A stretch of DNA of 64,000 nucleotides from Eledone cirrhosa (Eukaryota): assembly GCA_964016885.1 (NCBI GenBank), contig OZ024754.1, positions 2,542,001-2,606,000 on the forward strand, read 5' to 3'. Numbering within the stretch: the first letter of the stretch is position 1; every line of letters begins with the position of its first letter. The position numbers and the translations under genes were made by a program. Of this stretch, positions 28,003 to 43,404 are shown in pieces. The notes below the pieces were generated by a model that saw only the letters and a list, made by a program, of their open reading frames with translations, had not been told where the DNA came from and made no database searches.

Positions 28003-29257
28003 TTTATATATATATATAATTATTTATATATATATATATATATATAATTATTAATATATATATATATATAATTATTTATATATATATATATATATATATA
28101 ATTATTTATATATATATATAATTATTTATAAATATATATATATAATTATTTATAAATATATATATATATATAATTATTTATAAATATATATATATTATTA
28201 TTTATATATATATATATATATATAATTATTTATATATATAATTATTTATATATATATATAATTATTTATACATATATATATAATTATTTATATATATATA
28301 TATATAATTATTTATATATATATATATAATTATTTATATATATATATATATAATTATTTATATATATATATATATAATTATTTATATATATATATATATA
28401 ATTATTCATATATATATATATATAATTATTTATATATATATATATTATATATATTTATATAATTATTTATATAATATATAAATAATTATTTATATATATA
28501 TATATTATATATATTTATATAATTATTTATATATATATATAAATAATTATTTATATATATTAATAATTATTTATATATATATTAATATTATATATATTAT
28601 ATAATTATTTATATATATATATAAATAATTATTTATATATATATAAATATATATATTTATATAATTATATATATATATATGTATATTATATATATTTATA
28701 TAATTATTTATATATATATATAAATATTATATATATTTATATAATTATTTATAGATATATATTATATATATTTATATAATTGTTTATATATATATATTAT
28801 ATATATTTATATAATTGTTTATATATATATATAAATATATTTATATAATTGTTTATATATATATATATATAAATATTATATATTTATATAATTATTTATA
28901 TATATATACAAATATTATATATATTTATATAATTATTTATATATATATACAAATATTATATATATTTATATAATTATTTATATACTTATTTATATATATA
29001 TATAAATATTATATATATTTATATAATTATTTATATATATATAAATATATATATATATAATTATTTATATATATATATAAATATATATATTTATATAATT
29101 ATTTATATATATATATTATATATATTTATATAATTATTTATATATATATATATATATATTATATATATTTATATAATTATTTATATATATATATATATAT
29201 TATATATATTTATATAATTATTTATATATATATATTATATATATTTATATAATTATT
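27620..29257. repeat. ~1.6-kb almost purely A/T satellite
   Basis: Repeated ataattattt(at)n with variable (AT) length and very few G or C bases. Confidence 0.95.
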
Positions 29258-29302
29258 ACGGCATTTTTCGAAGAGGGAGACATTTCTAAATGTATATATA
29301 TA

Positions 29303-29681
29303 CGAGGGCAATCCCAAAAGTAAGGTCTCCTTCCGATATTGTAACTTTTCCTTTAAAATCCTGTGGATGGTGCTTCGGGAAACCTCTGGAACCAAAATGC
29401 AGAGAGCATCCAGAGTGATCCGCATGTTTTCCTCGGAAGGAGACCTTACTTACGATTGCCCTCTATATAATAACTGCACGAAATTCGCACTTGGCGGTAG
29501 TGTTTAACGGGAGCTCCATTCTCAACGGCTGCCAAGCCCAGATTGAGCATCCCAGCGAAGCGCGCGCATGCTTGTTTGGTGGTGAAGGAAGCACAAATCA
29601 CAACAGTGTTGCCAACAGCCGTACGAACAGTTTATCTGCGTCCCCATCGCTTTGGAGACCTTACTTTTGGGATTACCCTCG
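29303..29681 (-). mobile_element. Internally deleted mariner (Tc1/mariner) DNA transposon
   Basis: 28-bp TIRs cgagggcaatcccaaaagtaaggtctcc / ggagaccttacttttgggattaccctcg (one mismatch) with TA TSD. Minus-strand transposase remnants are MELPLNTTAKCEFRAVI and RITLDALCILVPEVSRSTIHRILKEKLQYRK (HTH preceding the WVP motif). Confidence 0.92.
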
Positions 29682-29782
29682 TATATATATATATATATAT
29701 ATATATACAGACGTATATGTATTTGCGTGAAAGAGATAGATAGATAGAGAGGGGGGAGAAGGAGAGAGAGAGAGATATACAG

Positions 29783-29847
<65 letters not shown>

Positions 29848-30052
29848 ATGTACACGTGACTGTGTCCGTGTGTTTGTCTGTCTCCACCTGGATACATATA
29901 TCGATTGTTCTTCTTTTCCAAATATTTATGAGCATACTCTTGCGTTGGTTTCTTTGCAGCTTCATAAAGTTTCTATTACACGGTACAGTAGTACATATAT
30001 ACATAGACACCACACAGATTCCACACATGTATATATATATATACACTCACAG

Positions 30053-30111
<59 letters not shown>

Positions 30112-30147
30112 TCTCACAGATTTATATATATATATATACACTCACAG

Positions 30148-30183
<36 letters not shown>

Positions 30184-30212
30184 TCACAGATTATATATAT
30201 ATATATATATAT

Positions 30213-30266
<54 letters not shown>

Positions 30267-30759
30267 CTATATATAACACACATATATATATATATATATA
30301 TAAACACATACAGATACATTTAATCTGTCTTGAATTTTACCGATACTCCAAATATAAATATATTCTTAAGCATCTCGTTGTATATATTATCTTACTAATA
30401 GATTTATCGAACTTCTTCAGGAAACATTTTAAAGTAATCATATTGTTTTATTAGTTTCGACATTTTTACTTATTTTTTCTGTTTTAATTACATTTTGAAC
30501 GGATTTGAGAGGCGTCAGTTATTTTATTCACTGTGCATTATTCTAAACTTTTTAAATTCAACAACATTTATTTTTTCGCTTAAAATGTTCCCCTAACTTA
30601 TTTATATATCTAGTACGTGTCTACGTTTGAGTATGGCTATGTTTGAGTTTTTATACACATAAATATATGTGTTGTATGTGCGTGTGTGTGTGTGAGAGAG
30701 TGAGAGAGAGGGGAGGGGTGGAGAGAGAGGGAGAGAGGGATGAGGGGTGGAGAGAGAGG

Positions 30760-30793
<34 letters not shown>

Positions 30794-30959
30794 GAGAGTT
30801 TGTATGTATTTGTATATACGTTTGTGTGAGTATGTTATATTTTCTTTCAATGATTTGAATCGTTCTTATAAAAGAAAGATTTTTATAAAGGAAGATGGCT
30901 GCTATATAAATGGAAATTGGATGTCAACAACAGCGTATATATATACATATATATACATA

Positions 30960-31047
<88 letters not shown>

Positions 31048-31313
31048 TGTATGTATGTATGTATGTATGTATGTATGTATGTATGCTTAACGTAAGAGAT
31101 ATTTCCATATTCTTAGGTTTCACTTTATCAGTTGTATTTGCAAAAGAAATGTTACTTAGTCGCTAATATTCTGTGTAATATTTAGCTTTTCGTGTTTAAC
31201 ACTTTGAAATGTAGTGTAGTAGCTTTATTAACTAGGGTTCGAGTTATCTACCATCGTACTGTTGGATTAAACATTGCCTGGTGAGGGAAACTTATTAAAC
31301 CGAAACTGCAGAA

Positions 31314-31349
<36 letters not shown>

Positions 31350-31451
31350 AAATTCGAAGTTTGAAAGTCACGCAAATGCGGGATTGGACAGAGAATAATT
31401 TAATTGTAAGAAACAGGATTTGTTTTTTTTGTAACTTAATTTCTTCATATG

Positions 31452-31489
31452 TCCTGATATTTCGAGGTTAATATCTCTTCTTCCGAGGA
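31452..31489 (-). ncRNA. Degenerate hammerhead motif
   Basis: The minus strand reads tcct-CGGAAGA-agagatattaacctc-GAAA-ta-TC-agga. The U4 position is mutated. Confidence 0.4.
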
Positions 31490-31594
31490 GAATAAAGGAA
31501 CTATTTTTTCAATGTCCGATGTGGCTTGCCATATACAGTGTTTTAATTAAACTAAAAATTCTTTCTACACGTATATATATATATATATCTAAAA

Positions 31595-31765
31595 AAGTCT
31601 AAAGTCTGTCTTGATCTAGAAGGTTCATTTGGCGAGTGCTTATCCCGGTTTCATGGCATGAAGCGACTAAGAGTACAAGACTACCCCCTGGACAGGACGC
31701 CAGTCCATTGCAGGGTTAAACCTCCAGCTATTTCTGGTACTCATTTTCAGCTGAGTAAACTGGAA
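31595..31765 (-). mobile_element. 3' part of a Nin/Deu-domain-like SINE
   Basis: ccggtttcatggcatgaagcgactaagagta...cccctggacaggacgccagtccattgcagggtta...ggtactcattt resembles recalled Nin-SINE sequence. It is flanked by (TA)n. Confidence 0.6.
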
Positions 31766-31976
31766 TATATATATATATATATATATATATATCGTAGTAT
31801 TTTCTGTGGCAAACATTGCACCGAAGATATGTGTCGTCAGTTCCAAAAGGTGTGGTTGGTCCTACACAAGCCTTCACCACTTAAAACAAAAGTTTGTGTG
31901 GGTAGTTCAACATCAGTTCAGTTTCTCACATTTAACTTTTGTTGGGCACTCATACGTCGGAAATCGACGTGAGAAT

Positions 31977-32064
<88 letters not shown>

Positions 32065-32384
32065 TTCTCTCTGAAGACAGCATATATATGTGTAGGTATG
32101 TATATTCCCTCTGATAGTTTGTAAAAATTTTACATAGATCTATATGATATACATACCAACACATACATATATATCCTAAAATGATTGTAAAATAATGAAT
32201 TTTTTAATATAAGGAACTGCTTCTTTGTTTTTATTTATGGTTTTTATTAATTTATCTTGACTCTGTTTTCCTGTGTTTTTCATCGAAAAAATTTTGAATA
32301 CATCTTCTCTTTTCATGATATTTGGATTACATTGAGTTCTTCATATTGATTGGACACTGCCGTATATTTTGGTAGATTTATCTG

Positions 32385-32448
<64 letters not shown>

Positions 32449-32454
<6 letters not shown>

Positions 32455-32640
32455 GAACCAGTAAGACCCCGACAGCTGAGCTCAAGCCGTTTCGACGGCT
32501 AATTCTGAATTAGCCGTCGAAACGGCTTGAGCTCAGCTGTCGGGGTCTTACTGGTTCCTAATACCCACTCTACTACCTCAAGTATTCAGTACTTTGGTGC
32601 GTTATGGTCCACCTGGTTCCTTACCACATTTCCTTCGTTA
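32449..32640 (+). mobile_element. Short (TA)n-inserted element with perfect 57-bp inverted duplication (32449-32505 / 32507-32563) and 3' tail
   Basis: The centre is aattc-t-gaatt. The tail ggtccacctggttccttaccacatttccttcgtta is shared with 20264-20291 and 57199-57243. Confidence 0.75.
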
Positions 32641-33098
32641 TATATATATATATATATATTATGTGATTTGTGTGTGTATGCTTGCGTGTTTGAGTGTGCC
32701 ACATTATTCTTCAAAACAGGCGAAGGCTCAATATTGGCTTTTACGATATGAGATAGCGGCGTGGTGATGTTCATTCATTTCCCAATGTTTATTTCGCGAT
32801 TCTACCAGATTTTATTCAATAGTCTTTCCACCGAAACTGAGACATTTGCTTCACACGAGGCTTATGTTTCAACAGAAGTAGAGATAATTAATGAACCGTG
32901 AAAATAGACGAAACTGAAAACATGGATCGTTTATTCAACAGACTAGATTGATATTGCAATATTTTTGAGGAGGGAAGAAAGGGGAAGGTTCCCTTTAATT
33001 AGATCTTATCGTAGGCGGATAATAATGTTGACATAGGTATATTGGTGCTGCACTAGCAACGTCTGGACTCGCATCAAAGAACTTATATAGCATATACT

Positions 33099-33132
<34 letters not shown>

Positions 33133-33139
33133 CACACAT

Positions 33140-33214
<75 letters not shown>

Positions 33215-33323
33215 TATCTATCTATGTATCTATCTACCTATCTCTCGTTCTATCTATCTAGCCTTCTCTCTCACCCTCTCTCTCTCTCAGGATATATTTA
33301 CAACACACACACATATATATATG

Positions 33324-33354
<31 letters not shown>

Positions 33355-33671
33355 ATGTGTGTGTGTGTGTGTGGTGTGTGTTCCATCTATCGATTTCACT
33401 ATGCATTGAAGTTATATATATATGATATATGTATATATATATATATATATTATGTATACATATATTTATATATAAATATAGAGAGAGCGATGTGTGCCTG
33501 TGTGCATGTGTATGTGTGTGTATTGTATATTTCTAAATTCACTAAAATAGATCTCATTATACACATATGTGTATGGAAATAATATATCGAAAAGAAAACA
33601 TCATTCTTGCTCAAATATCATGTAAAATACATATATCTTTCACACACAATAATATATATGTATATGTGAGA

Positions 33672-33778
<107 letters not shown>

Positions 33779-35895
33779 CACAACAGTGTACAAATTTAAT
33801 TGGAAGGATAAAAACAAAACATAAAACAGATATAGAAGACGTATAAAACATATTAAAAAGATAAACATGTCGGATGAAATAATTGAAAGAAAGTAAGTAT
33901 TATGTTAAGAAGGAAACGTATTTTAGTTACAAGTTAAAACAAACAGAGAAGTCATCTGATATTCTTATTATCCAAGACTTTATAATGGATGGAAGTAAAG
34001 AGAAACAGTGGTTGGCGCTTTCTCTGTTACGAAGGTCTTTGGTAAATCGTGAGTTTTTAAACAAACTATATAGAATTGAAGTAATGGAATATGTTTACGT
34101 TTATATTTTGAACTATATGTTCCGTTTCAAAGGCGTTTGTGCGCAGCACAATTGTCGCTATTATGAATTGTTCGTAGTGTACAACAGATACGCTTGAGAA
34201 CATTCATCAAACACATTTAACTGGATTAAACAAATATCTGAGGCAGCCGCATACACACAAATACACATACATACAGATATATACATACACACACTCACAC
34301 ATATACGTATAAGTTCATAAATGTGCACACACTCACACATATGGAGTTCTTTGTCTTTCACTTATATTTTTATTTTTTTAAATAATTTTTAAACTTACCC
34401 TTTTAAAAATGTTTTCGTTTTTCCTTGATTTTGTTCGTTGTCTTGTCATCTCTTTGGTAATTTTCCTGTTTTATCATATATATATATATATATATAACTC
34501 CTGGTGTAGTCACTGATGCATCTGCCTGAAACAGGGCCTCTTGGGCCGAATCGAACTAATTGGGATCGGTGGTTGCGGATGTCTTGGGCAACGCTGATCA
34601 AAGAAAGCCTCCCCTCCTCCGATCAATAAATTTGCAGAATTTTTGATATTTTACTCGTTTAATATATATATATATATATTTAGATACCTTGAGTTGGGTT
34701 GGCCAAGCCCGTAGAAAATTTATTTAAATATCTTTATAATTTTAATTATGTTTCTTCCCCGTTTAAATTCAATTCTCATGGTCGTTGAACTTGGTGTTTT
34801 GTTGTGAATAAAACATATTCCAGATAGAAGTAGAGTTTATAAAATACACTATTCTCCTCGACTAGAAATGAATTCTGCCAATGATAAAAATTATAATTAT
34901 ATTTTAGAAAGCGGAGTATAAATTATATTGGATGTCTGTCTGTGTGGACCAATCGACCTATATATATGTTTACCTGATACCGAAAACGGTGTCTGAAAGA
35001 CAAGTTCATCCAAAGTAAAATTTGCAATCAGGGGTTAAATTATGTTAAAAAAATTCCTAAGATCCATTCTTCAAATTTTCTATTATTTTTGTCAATATAA
35101 ATCTTTCAGCTGTTAATATGTCTTCAAGCGCCATACTAGACATTTTTCAATTTCATTATAATAACAATAGCGGTGTTGTCATGGCAGCATTGTCTGATTA
35201 TAATAATGTTCATCTTCTTCATAATAATATTTAAATACCATCACGAATTTAATTGAATATTCCAAAGAAATAATACAAACTCTACTCACATGCTTTATGA
35301 AGGCCGTTTACCTGGAATAGCACCACGTGGTGATGAGAGAGTTGTTATAAAGGAATTATAATGTATAAGAAAGTCTATAAACTGAAGTTTCTCGGGGCCA
35401 CAGAAACTAGTAACCCCTCAATAATTTCAACTGGTAACAAGAATTGTTACAAGAATTTTACACAATATTGATGATGCAAAACTACAACCCCCCCCCCCCC
35501 CTCAAAAATGAAAAACATGAACTCTTTTATCTTAGATTGACTGAATACTTCGTAAGATCTATAGGGCGAGCTTCAATGTGGTTGATTGATTTGTTAGAAA
35601 TAACAACCAAATTGCGGGTATTGTGGCTAAATCAGGAATCATTCTGACTTTATAGTGTCAGTATTCTTGGGTAGTTCTCTGATAAAATCTGTAGTGGGTC
35701 AGAATAAATGTTTAATTAGCTATTTCTGCATTTCTGCTCTATATTCTAGTCACAACTCCTGAGTCACCTTTCTGCTTTATATTCTAGTCACACCTTCCCG
35801 CGTACCAGTTATTGCTGTTGATATTTAGTTCAAAAGTGACCTATCATCAAAGGTATTTAAGTCATCTCATGTATGTTTACCCTGATAGAGTGTGT

Positions 35896-36131
<236 letters not shown>

Positions 36132-36537
36132 ATATATATATATATATATATATTGTTTAGTGCTTCCTTCCATTTTGATAACATCAAAATCTTTCATATG
36201 CCTAGAAATAAAAAGTTTGGTGCTTTTGTAAGATTTTGAAAACCCAGGAACATTATGGCGCCTAACTAAATATTACATACAGTTATTGATGGTAAAGTTT
36301 ATGCTAAAGTATATCATTTGAATTATATAAACACCGAGGGGGAGGGGTAGGAATCACAGGGATCGTAAAGTAGAGGTAACCAGTGATAAATGTAACTTAT
36401 TGATGCAGTTTCAATTCCCACATGTAATTATTTCACGTTAAAGACGTAACTTAATAGATTTTGGAATCATTATAAACGTTATTTAACCGCATTTCATCGC
36501 CTCTATATATTTAGCATCTTCCTGTCGATGATGATGC

Positions 36538-36575
<38 letters not shown>

Positions 36576-36726
36576 CTGGTGATGATAGGTTGGTATTGTT
36601 GATGGTGGCTGTAATGGCGGTAGAGTGGACGACGACGATGATGATGATGATGATGGTGATGATGATGGTGATGATAGGTTGGTATTGTTGATGGTGGCTG
36701 TAATGGCGGTAGAGTGGACGACGACG

Positions 36727-36758
<32 letters not shown>

Positions 36759-36778
36759 GATTATGACGATGATGAGGG

Positions 36779-36815
<37 letters not shown>

Positions 36816-38514
36816 ATTGACGGCGCCGATTATAATGTGAAGAACGATGGCGATGACGACTATGACAGCAAGAATGACGATTAAAATATGATAGTTAACC
36901 AATTAAGAATGTTCTAGACAGTGTTTAGACAAATGCAATTTGAATTAACAACAATCCTCATTAACAACACCCATAGAACTTACTACAGTTTCTCTGAAAT
37001 ACGCAACGTACATGCTAGATCTTACACCCCAAAATACGGTCCCTGGGGTTTACCACTTTCTCCAAATAGACTCTCTAGTCTTGAAACGTTTTGTATATAC
37101 ATGTAATTAATATAAAATTAACAATCCCTCTCGGTCTTAGTCTTCTTCCCACTTCATTGCTTATCAAGATTATCTTAGTATAAGACTGATAATGAAATAT
37201 ATATGAGGTGGATAGAGACACATTCAATCGGTATGAAGGAAACTAACAGGGAAAATAAAGTAGATGAAAGGAAACGTAAAAAAAATGATAACGATGAAAG
37301 ATGTAGGAATGTAAATAGAAAAAAGGATAAGGAAGGGAAAATAAGTTGGAGTCAAAAATATGAAATTATAGATATTATAGCGATAGAAAAAGAGGTAGAC
37401 CGTTTCTTATTAGCACTGTCGCGTCACTGAATACTGAGTTTTTGGATACACGTGAAGCAAATTGCAGGCAATTACGTCTATTAATTCGTCTCCAGAGATT
37501 CCATTACCTGTAGTGCAGCCTCGTGGGGGTTTTCCTCTATATTTTGTTAAATGCTGTAATAATGAAAATGTCTGGTTGAACCGATGGAATTTGGGGCAAA
37601 CCTTTCTATCGTTTATTTTTTTTTAGTGTATATTTTTGTTACAACCGTTTTAGATCCGAGTTCAAATCACGCTGTTGCCGATATTAACACCATTTTTAGA
37701 GATTGCTAAAATACATGCTTGTTATTTAGTCGGGTGCATTATATCAATATGGTGGGGCATCCATCCTCTCCTACAATAAATTGTGGCCTTGTGACTACCT
37801 AAGCAATCAATACGAGAACATTTGCAGTGGGTGTGAGGAACGACTAATGAGATAACTTTAAAACATAAGTTGTTAATCCACACAGTATGTAATGGTCAAC
37901 TATTTACAATTTATTACTCCAGTATTTCTGGTCTGGTGAGGAGTGTAGAACCCCAGCGACATTGCAAAAGAACAAGGGCTGTTAAAAGGATGATATATTC
38001 AGAGTCAACGACCATCCATCCCAACTATGGGTTAAATAGCTTCACCAACCAGTAATTGGCCAAGTGTGGTGAGTACGGCTTCACCTCTCACATGACCCAA
38101 ATCAAACAGAAACGGTAGGAGTCAACCAGAGAGGGATTCCTCCAACAGGTCTGAGAAGGCCCTGGATTGGATTGGAATTACAATACAGATTACAGTGTAT
38201 CTTGTCTTTAAATCAAGCTGATGGTAACAACACCCTTTGACCTAACTTCAATCATGTACTCTATATGAGTTGCGTCAAACTCACCAGATTTGCTGAACCT
38301 GAAAAGAGCATAAATAGGGATTTTTTGAATTTTATTTCCACTTCCTTCTCGAATAAAAATGCGTAAAAAAATATATACATCTGACACAGCTTAGATACAC
38401 GGCAGGTGATACTGTGTGAGGTGCGGAAGTCCATTAGTAAGGGCCAGATGAAGTTAGGTCATGAACTTTCGCTGATCCAAAATAGAAGTGTCTGCTGGTA
38501 AATCGAAAGCATTG

Positions 38515-38590
<76 letters not shown>

Positions 38591-38688
38591 AAATAAAAGC
38601 AAGGACCCACTGAAACAGATTGTAAAGGAGATAAAAAAATTATCCCATATTTTTTAACACGTGTTCAACATATGTTTTCATCAAATGG

Positions 38689-38724
<36 letters not shown>

Positions 38725-38857
38725 TACACATATATAATACATGTATATATGTATGTATATAGATAGAAACATACATATATATATATATATAAACATACAT
38801 ATATATATATATACACATATATATACATACATATATTGACTCCAATCTGTTATTTTA

Positions 38858-38954
<97 letters not shown>

Positions 38955-38986
38955 ATTAGATAGATAGATAGATAGATAGATAGATA

Positions 38987-39480
38987 TGTTTCTTTTATTT
39001 GCCACCAGGGCATCAAAAGTGGGACAAGTACAAAGGGGGGAGTTTACAAAACAAGGCGTCCTCAATAAGGAGGAGGCAATAACAAAATATAAAAATAAAA
39101 TAAAATATAACAAAATCCTCAATAGAGAGGAGGCGCCTTGGGGGGTCGCACACACCCCCGAAAAAAAGGTGCAACCCTTTTCCTCAGGAGCACAGAGAAG
39201 GGGTGCTCCCTTGGTCTTTCATCTTCCTCACCTATAGTCTGATGTAGAGTGAAGGCCCATTCACACGGGCCATTCTCGCCACTTTCACCCATCTTTCATA
39301 AAAACGGCTGGGGTACAGCACCTCTCTCTCCATCCTGATCCTTCTTCCGAAATGATATCGGAAGAAACGGACCAGTTGTTGGCCAGAGAGAAAGGTGTCT
39401 GACCTCAGTCCTTTCAGACGCGTCCACCATACAACCTCTTTCGCCATGGCTATTACGCACAGAAACACCGCCTCTCCTTC
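38987..39480 (-). mobile_element. 5'-truncated L1/Tx1-like LINE: ORF2 C-terminus (39232-39480) and 3' UTR, inserted in (GATA)n
   Basis: Open frame EGEAVFLCVIAMAKEVVWWTRLKG...RIRMERE...FYERW resembles the Tx1 ORF2 C-terminus. AATAAA lies at the 3' end and (GATA)n flanks both sides. Confidence 0.75.
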
Positions 39481-39558
<78 letters not shown>

Positions 39559-39932
39559 GGTACATATGTAATATGTAAGTATTGTTGTTTTGAATAATAT
39601 TTGTGAACAAACAAGATAATCCGAACCTTTTGGTCAATGTTGTTCTATCATATAAGTTTTCAGTTTTCTTAAACATTCTCACAGATTTCATTTTAAATTT
39701 TCGTGCAGATGATTTCAAGTTCTCTGTTTATTTAAAGATTCTTGTAAAATTATATCCAGTTGCACTTCAGCACATATTGTTACAATACATCTACTCATTA
39801 CATTGCAATTTTTTTATCTTTCAGTATATCATTCTGTTTATCTTTACTTATATGTATATAAATATAAATACTTATATGTACATACATATATATATATATA
39901 TACATAAAACTATCTTGCTAGTTATTCATCTA

Positions 39933-39966
<34 letters not shown>

Positions 39967-40041
39967 CATGTGTATATGCTTAGTAGTTTAGAATTTTAAA
40001 AATACAGACACTCATACAGTTTCACCCATACATACCAATAA

Positions 40042-40084
<43 letters not shown>

Positions 40085-41161
40085 CGTGTGTGTATGTTTG
40101 TGTGTATCTGTCTGTGTGTTTTCTACCCCTACGTTTCTACTAACATTTGTTGTAGATTTATCTGTTTCTCACCAGTTGCACCAGTTCATAGATAGACCCG
40201 AAACCTTAATGTCAAAACCACATTCAGAAACATCTGTATAACACATTTACAATTTTGTTTCTTTTCAAATTATTTTACATCCTACATTCCCAGTGCACGT
40301 GAATAAATTTCCTTGTGTAACATAAGCAAACATTTGCCATAAAAATATACAAGTTCACCCCACACTAACACACACCAAAAGCAGAAAACTGAGAGAAAAT
40401 TCTGAGTAAGATTTCTAGTTCAAATCATGATATATCTAAAAGAAACTCTGAATTATGATTGACTGACTTGTCATTTTATCAGTAAATATACTGTGATATA
40501 CGTAGTAAGTCTTATGTTCCGAAATTTAATTTTGAAATTGTTTTAACTATAAAATTACACCTCAGCTAAAAACACTTTTTTAGGGCTTTGGAAAATTAAG
40601 ACAATATTGAATATATAAATCTCCACAACATTGTTCCTTAATGTTAAAGATTTCGATTAGGTCATTGTCTTCGTTATAAAACTGAATTTCAACGTCTTCA
40701 TGCGGATCCTTCATCTAATCCCTTATTAAAAGTAACCAGTTTTCCCTCAGATAACAGTATTCAATGAGGAAGCAATTAATAATATAGTCCAGTGTACCTT
40801 CTCTGATATTAAATCAAATCAACAATCTTCAGGGACGTTTCTTTTTATTGTCTAGTTAGTTAGGATGACAGGGGTCATGTTTCTTTTCCACGTCCTTTGA
40901 GAAGTGGAAAGATCTACTCGAACCGGATACCTGCTTTTTGTATTTATTGCACCCGGACCCATAAAAGTAAAAGTTGCACTCTGCGGGATTTGAACAAAAT
41001 CAATGACAGATTGGAGACCTTACGATATATCGTCCAATGCTCTAACCCTTCTACAATTTTGACTTCCCCGTCGTGCATTCTATCCTGTCTTACACTACTT
41101 TTCTTAAGAAAGGTGTACTAAATTGAATAAAGGTCTTACTAGTCGCAAGTAGTAACGACGC

Positions 41162-41259
<98 letters not shown>

Positions 41260-41830
41260 GTGTGTGAAAGTCAGCTTGAAAATGTTAGTTGGGACCTTTT
41301 TTTTATCTTACTACTGACCATATTGTGTCAAATTAGGAATCGGATACCAACATTGTACAGTAGAGTACGAGAATATGTGGCCAGCATGCCTTTGTCGAGA
41401 GTATTTTAAACATTCTAAATTATTAAAAAAGTGAAGTGACTTCTCTCTGGCTGTGATTGAAGCTGTGTCGTGTTGTTAGTCGCGCTGTTAGTAAACCATT
41501 AAGGCGTTTATTAGTTTATGGAGCTCACGACTGCGAAATTAAAACTATTATGAATTAATGAAAATATTTTTATAAGAAGCTGCTACAATACCTGACGCTA
41601 ATCAGACGAGACAAGCAAATAAGACAGCCAGGCGTGTGTTTGGCTCTGAATCTACTCACAAATACCTTAAGTACATAATAATTCAACTAAAAATATTAGG
41701 TGAGTCGTACATAAGAAACAGCTCGTCTTAAAGTTTCCTATATCTACAAATATATCTGGGGAAAGTTCAATGTTTGATTTTCTATGATTTTTTTTTTTTA
41801 GTAATTCATATTAACAGAATCATAAAATAT

Positions 41831-42077
41831 AATTGTTTCTACTTTTGGCACAAGGCCAGCAATTATCCCAGTGTATTACTGGTACTTTGTAATAATAATT
41901 TCTAGTATAGGCACAAGGCCAGTAATTTGGGGGAAAGGGAAAGTCGATTAAATCGACCCTCCAGTGCATTACTGGTACTTTATTTTATCGACCCCGTAAG
42001 GATGAAAGACAAAGTTAACCTCGGCGGGATTTGAACGGAGTTTGAACCCTCTACCGATACTGTCTATCCACCGCCCT
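41831..42077 (-). mobile_element. SINE A long variant with internal deletion plus an extra short-variant 3' end
   Basis: Two tails (41831-41890 and from 41897) and one head. Confidence 0.85.
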
Positions 42078-42306
42078 TGTTTTTGTTGTAATAATGTTAT
42101 GATTGCTGCTGGTCAAATAATATAATATATTCAGGTGTTTTGGTGATTGGTTGCGCCAACCGATACAGGTGACAAATGAATCAATATCGCCAAAACAATA
42201 GAAAAGACGCCAAAACAAATATGTTGTTTAATTCGTGTCTTATTTCTTGTATGTTGTTGTTTGAACTGTTATTATCACAGACACTATATGTGTGTACCTA
42301 TCTACT

Positions 42307-42410
<104 letters not shown>

Positions 42411-42849
42411 GTGTGTGCATGTGTGTGCGCGTGCGTAAATGTGTGTGTATATATATATATATATGTGTGTGTAAATGTGTGTGCGTATGTGTGTACATAA
42501 GTGTGCAAATGTGTGTGTGTGTGTAAATGTGTGTGTATGTACCTCTGTGTGTGCCTATGTGTAAATGTGTGTATGTACCTGCGTGTGTGTAAATACGTGT
42601 GTGTTTGTGTACACCTCTGTGTGTGCGTATGTGTGTAAATGTGTGTATGTACGCGTGTGTGTTTGTGTACACCTTTGTCTGTGTATGTATGTAAATGTGT
42701 ACATAGTCCTATTTTAATGACATTTACAGTCTGTCACGATGTTATTATTTCAAGGTTTCAAGTTAGAAGATCGTTTTTATGGTTGTTTAAGACATTAAGA
42801 TTTTCAATTGGAGTTGTGTATAAATTAGTCTAGACTCACATGCAAATAT

Positions 42850-43178
42850 CAGCAAAGTTATTTGTGATTTTAGGCCCGTAGCTGCCCCTATTGAATGCTA
42901 ATATTTATAGAAATCATAAATCTTGAAAAGAGAAACCGCATTGAAAGAGGCAACTGAATGATATAACATATGATAATGAAAACATCTGTGTTTCGAATCC
43001 AGCAAAGATATTTGTGATTTTAGGCCCGTAGCTGCCCCTATTGAATGCTAATATTTATAGAAATCATAAATCTTGAAAAGAGAAACCGCATTGAAAGAGG
43101 CAACTGAATGATATAACATATGGTAATGAAAACATCTGTGTTTCGAATCCAGCAAAGATATTTGTGATTTTAGGCCCG
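42850..43178. repeat. 150-bp tandem repeat, 2.2 copies (diverged continuation 43621-43730)
   Basis: tttgtgattttaggcccg occurs at 42861, 43011 and 43161. Confidence 0.95.
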
Positions 43179-43218
43179 AAGAAACAATGTATGTACGCAT
43201 GTTTGTATTATGTACGTA

Positions 43219-43309
<91 letters not shown>

Positions 43310-43404
43310 ATGTAGACACAGTGCAGGTGATTTAGTCAATTACCGATGCTGGTACCCTACCAAGCACACTGTGCAGGGTTTTTTTCTAATATATATATCG
43401 ACAA

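Noticed and set aside
37500-37530. Possible Hox-cluster microRNA (tacctgtag)
   Set aside because: It does not match miR-10 or miR-993 beyond a few bases and has no precursor hairpin.
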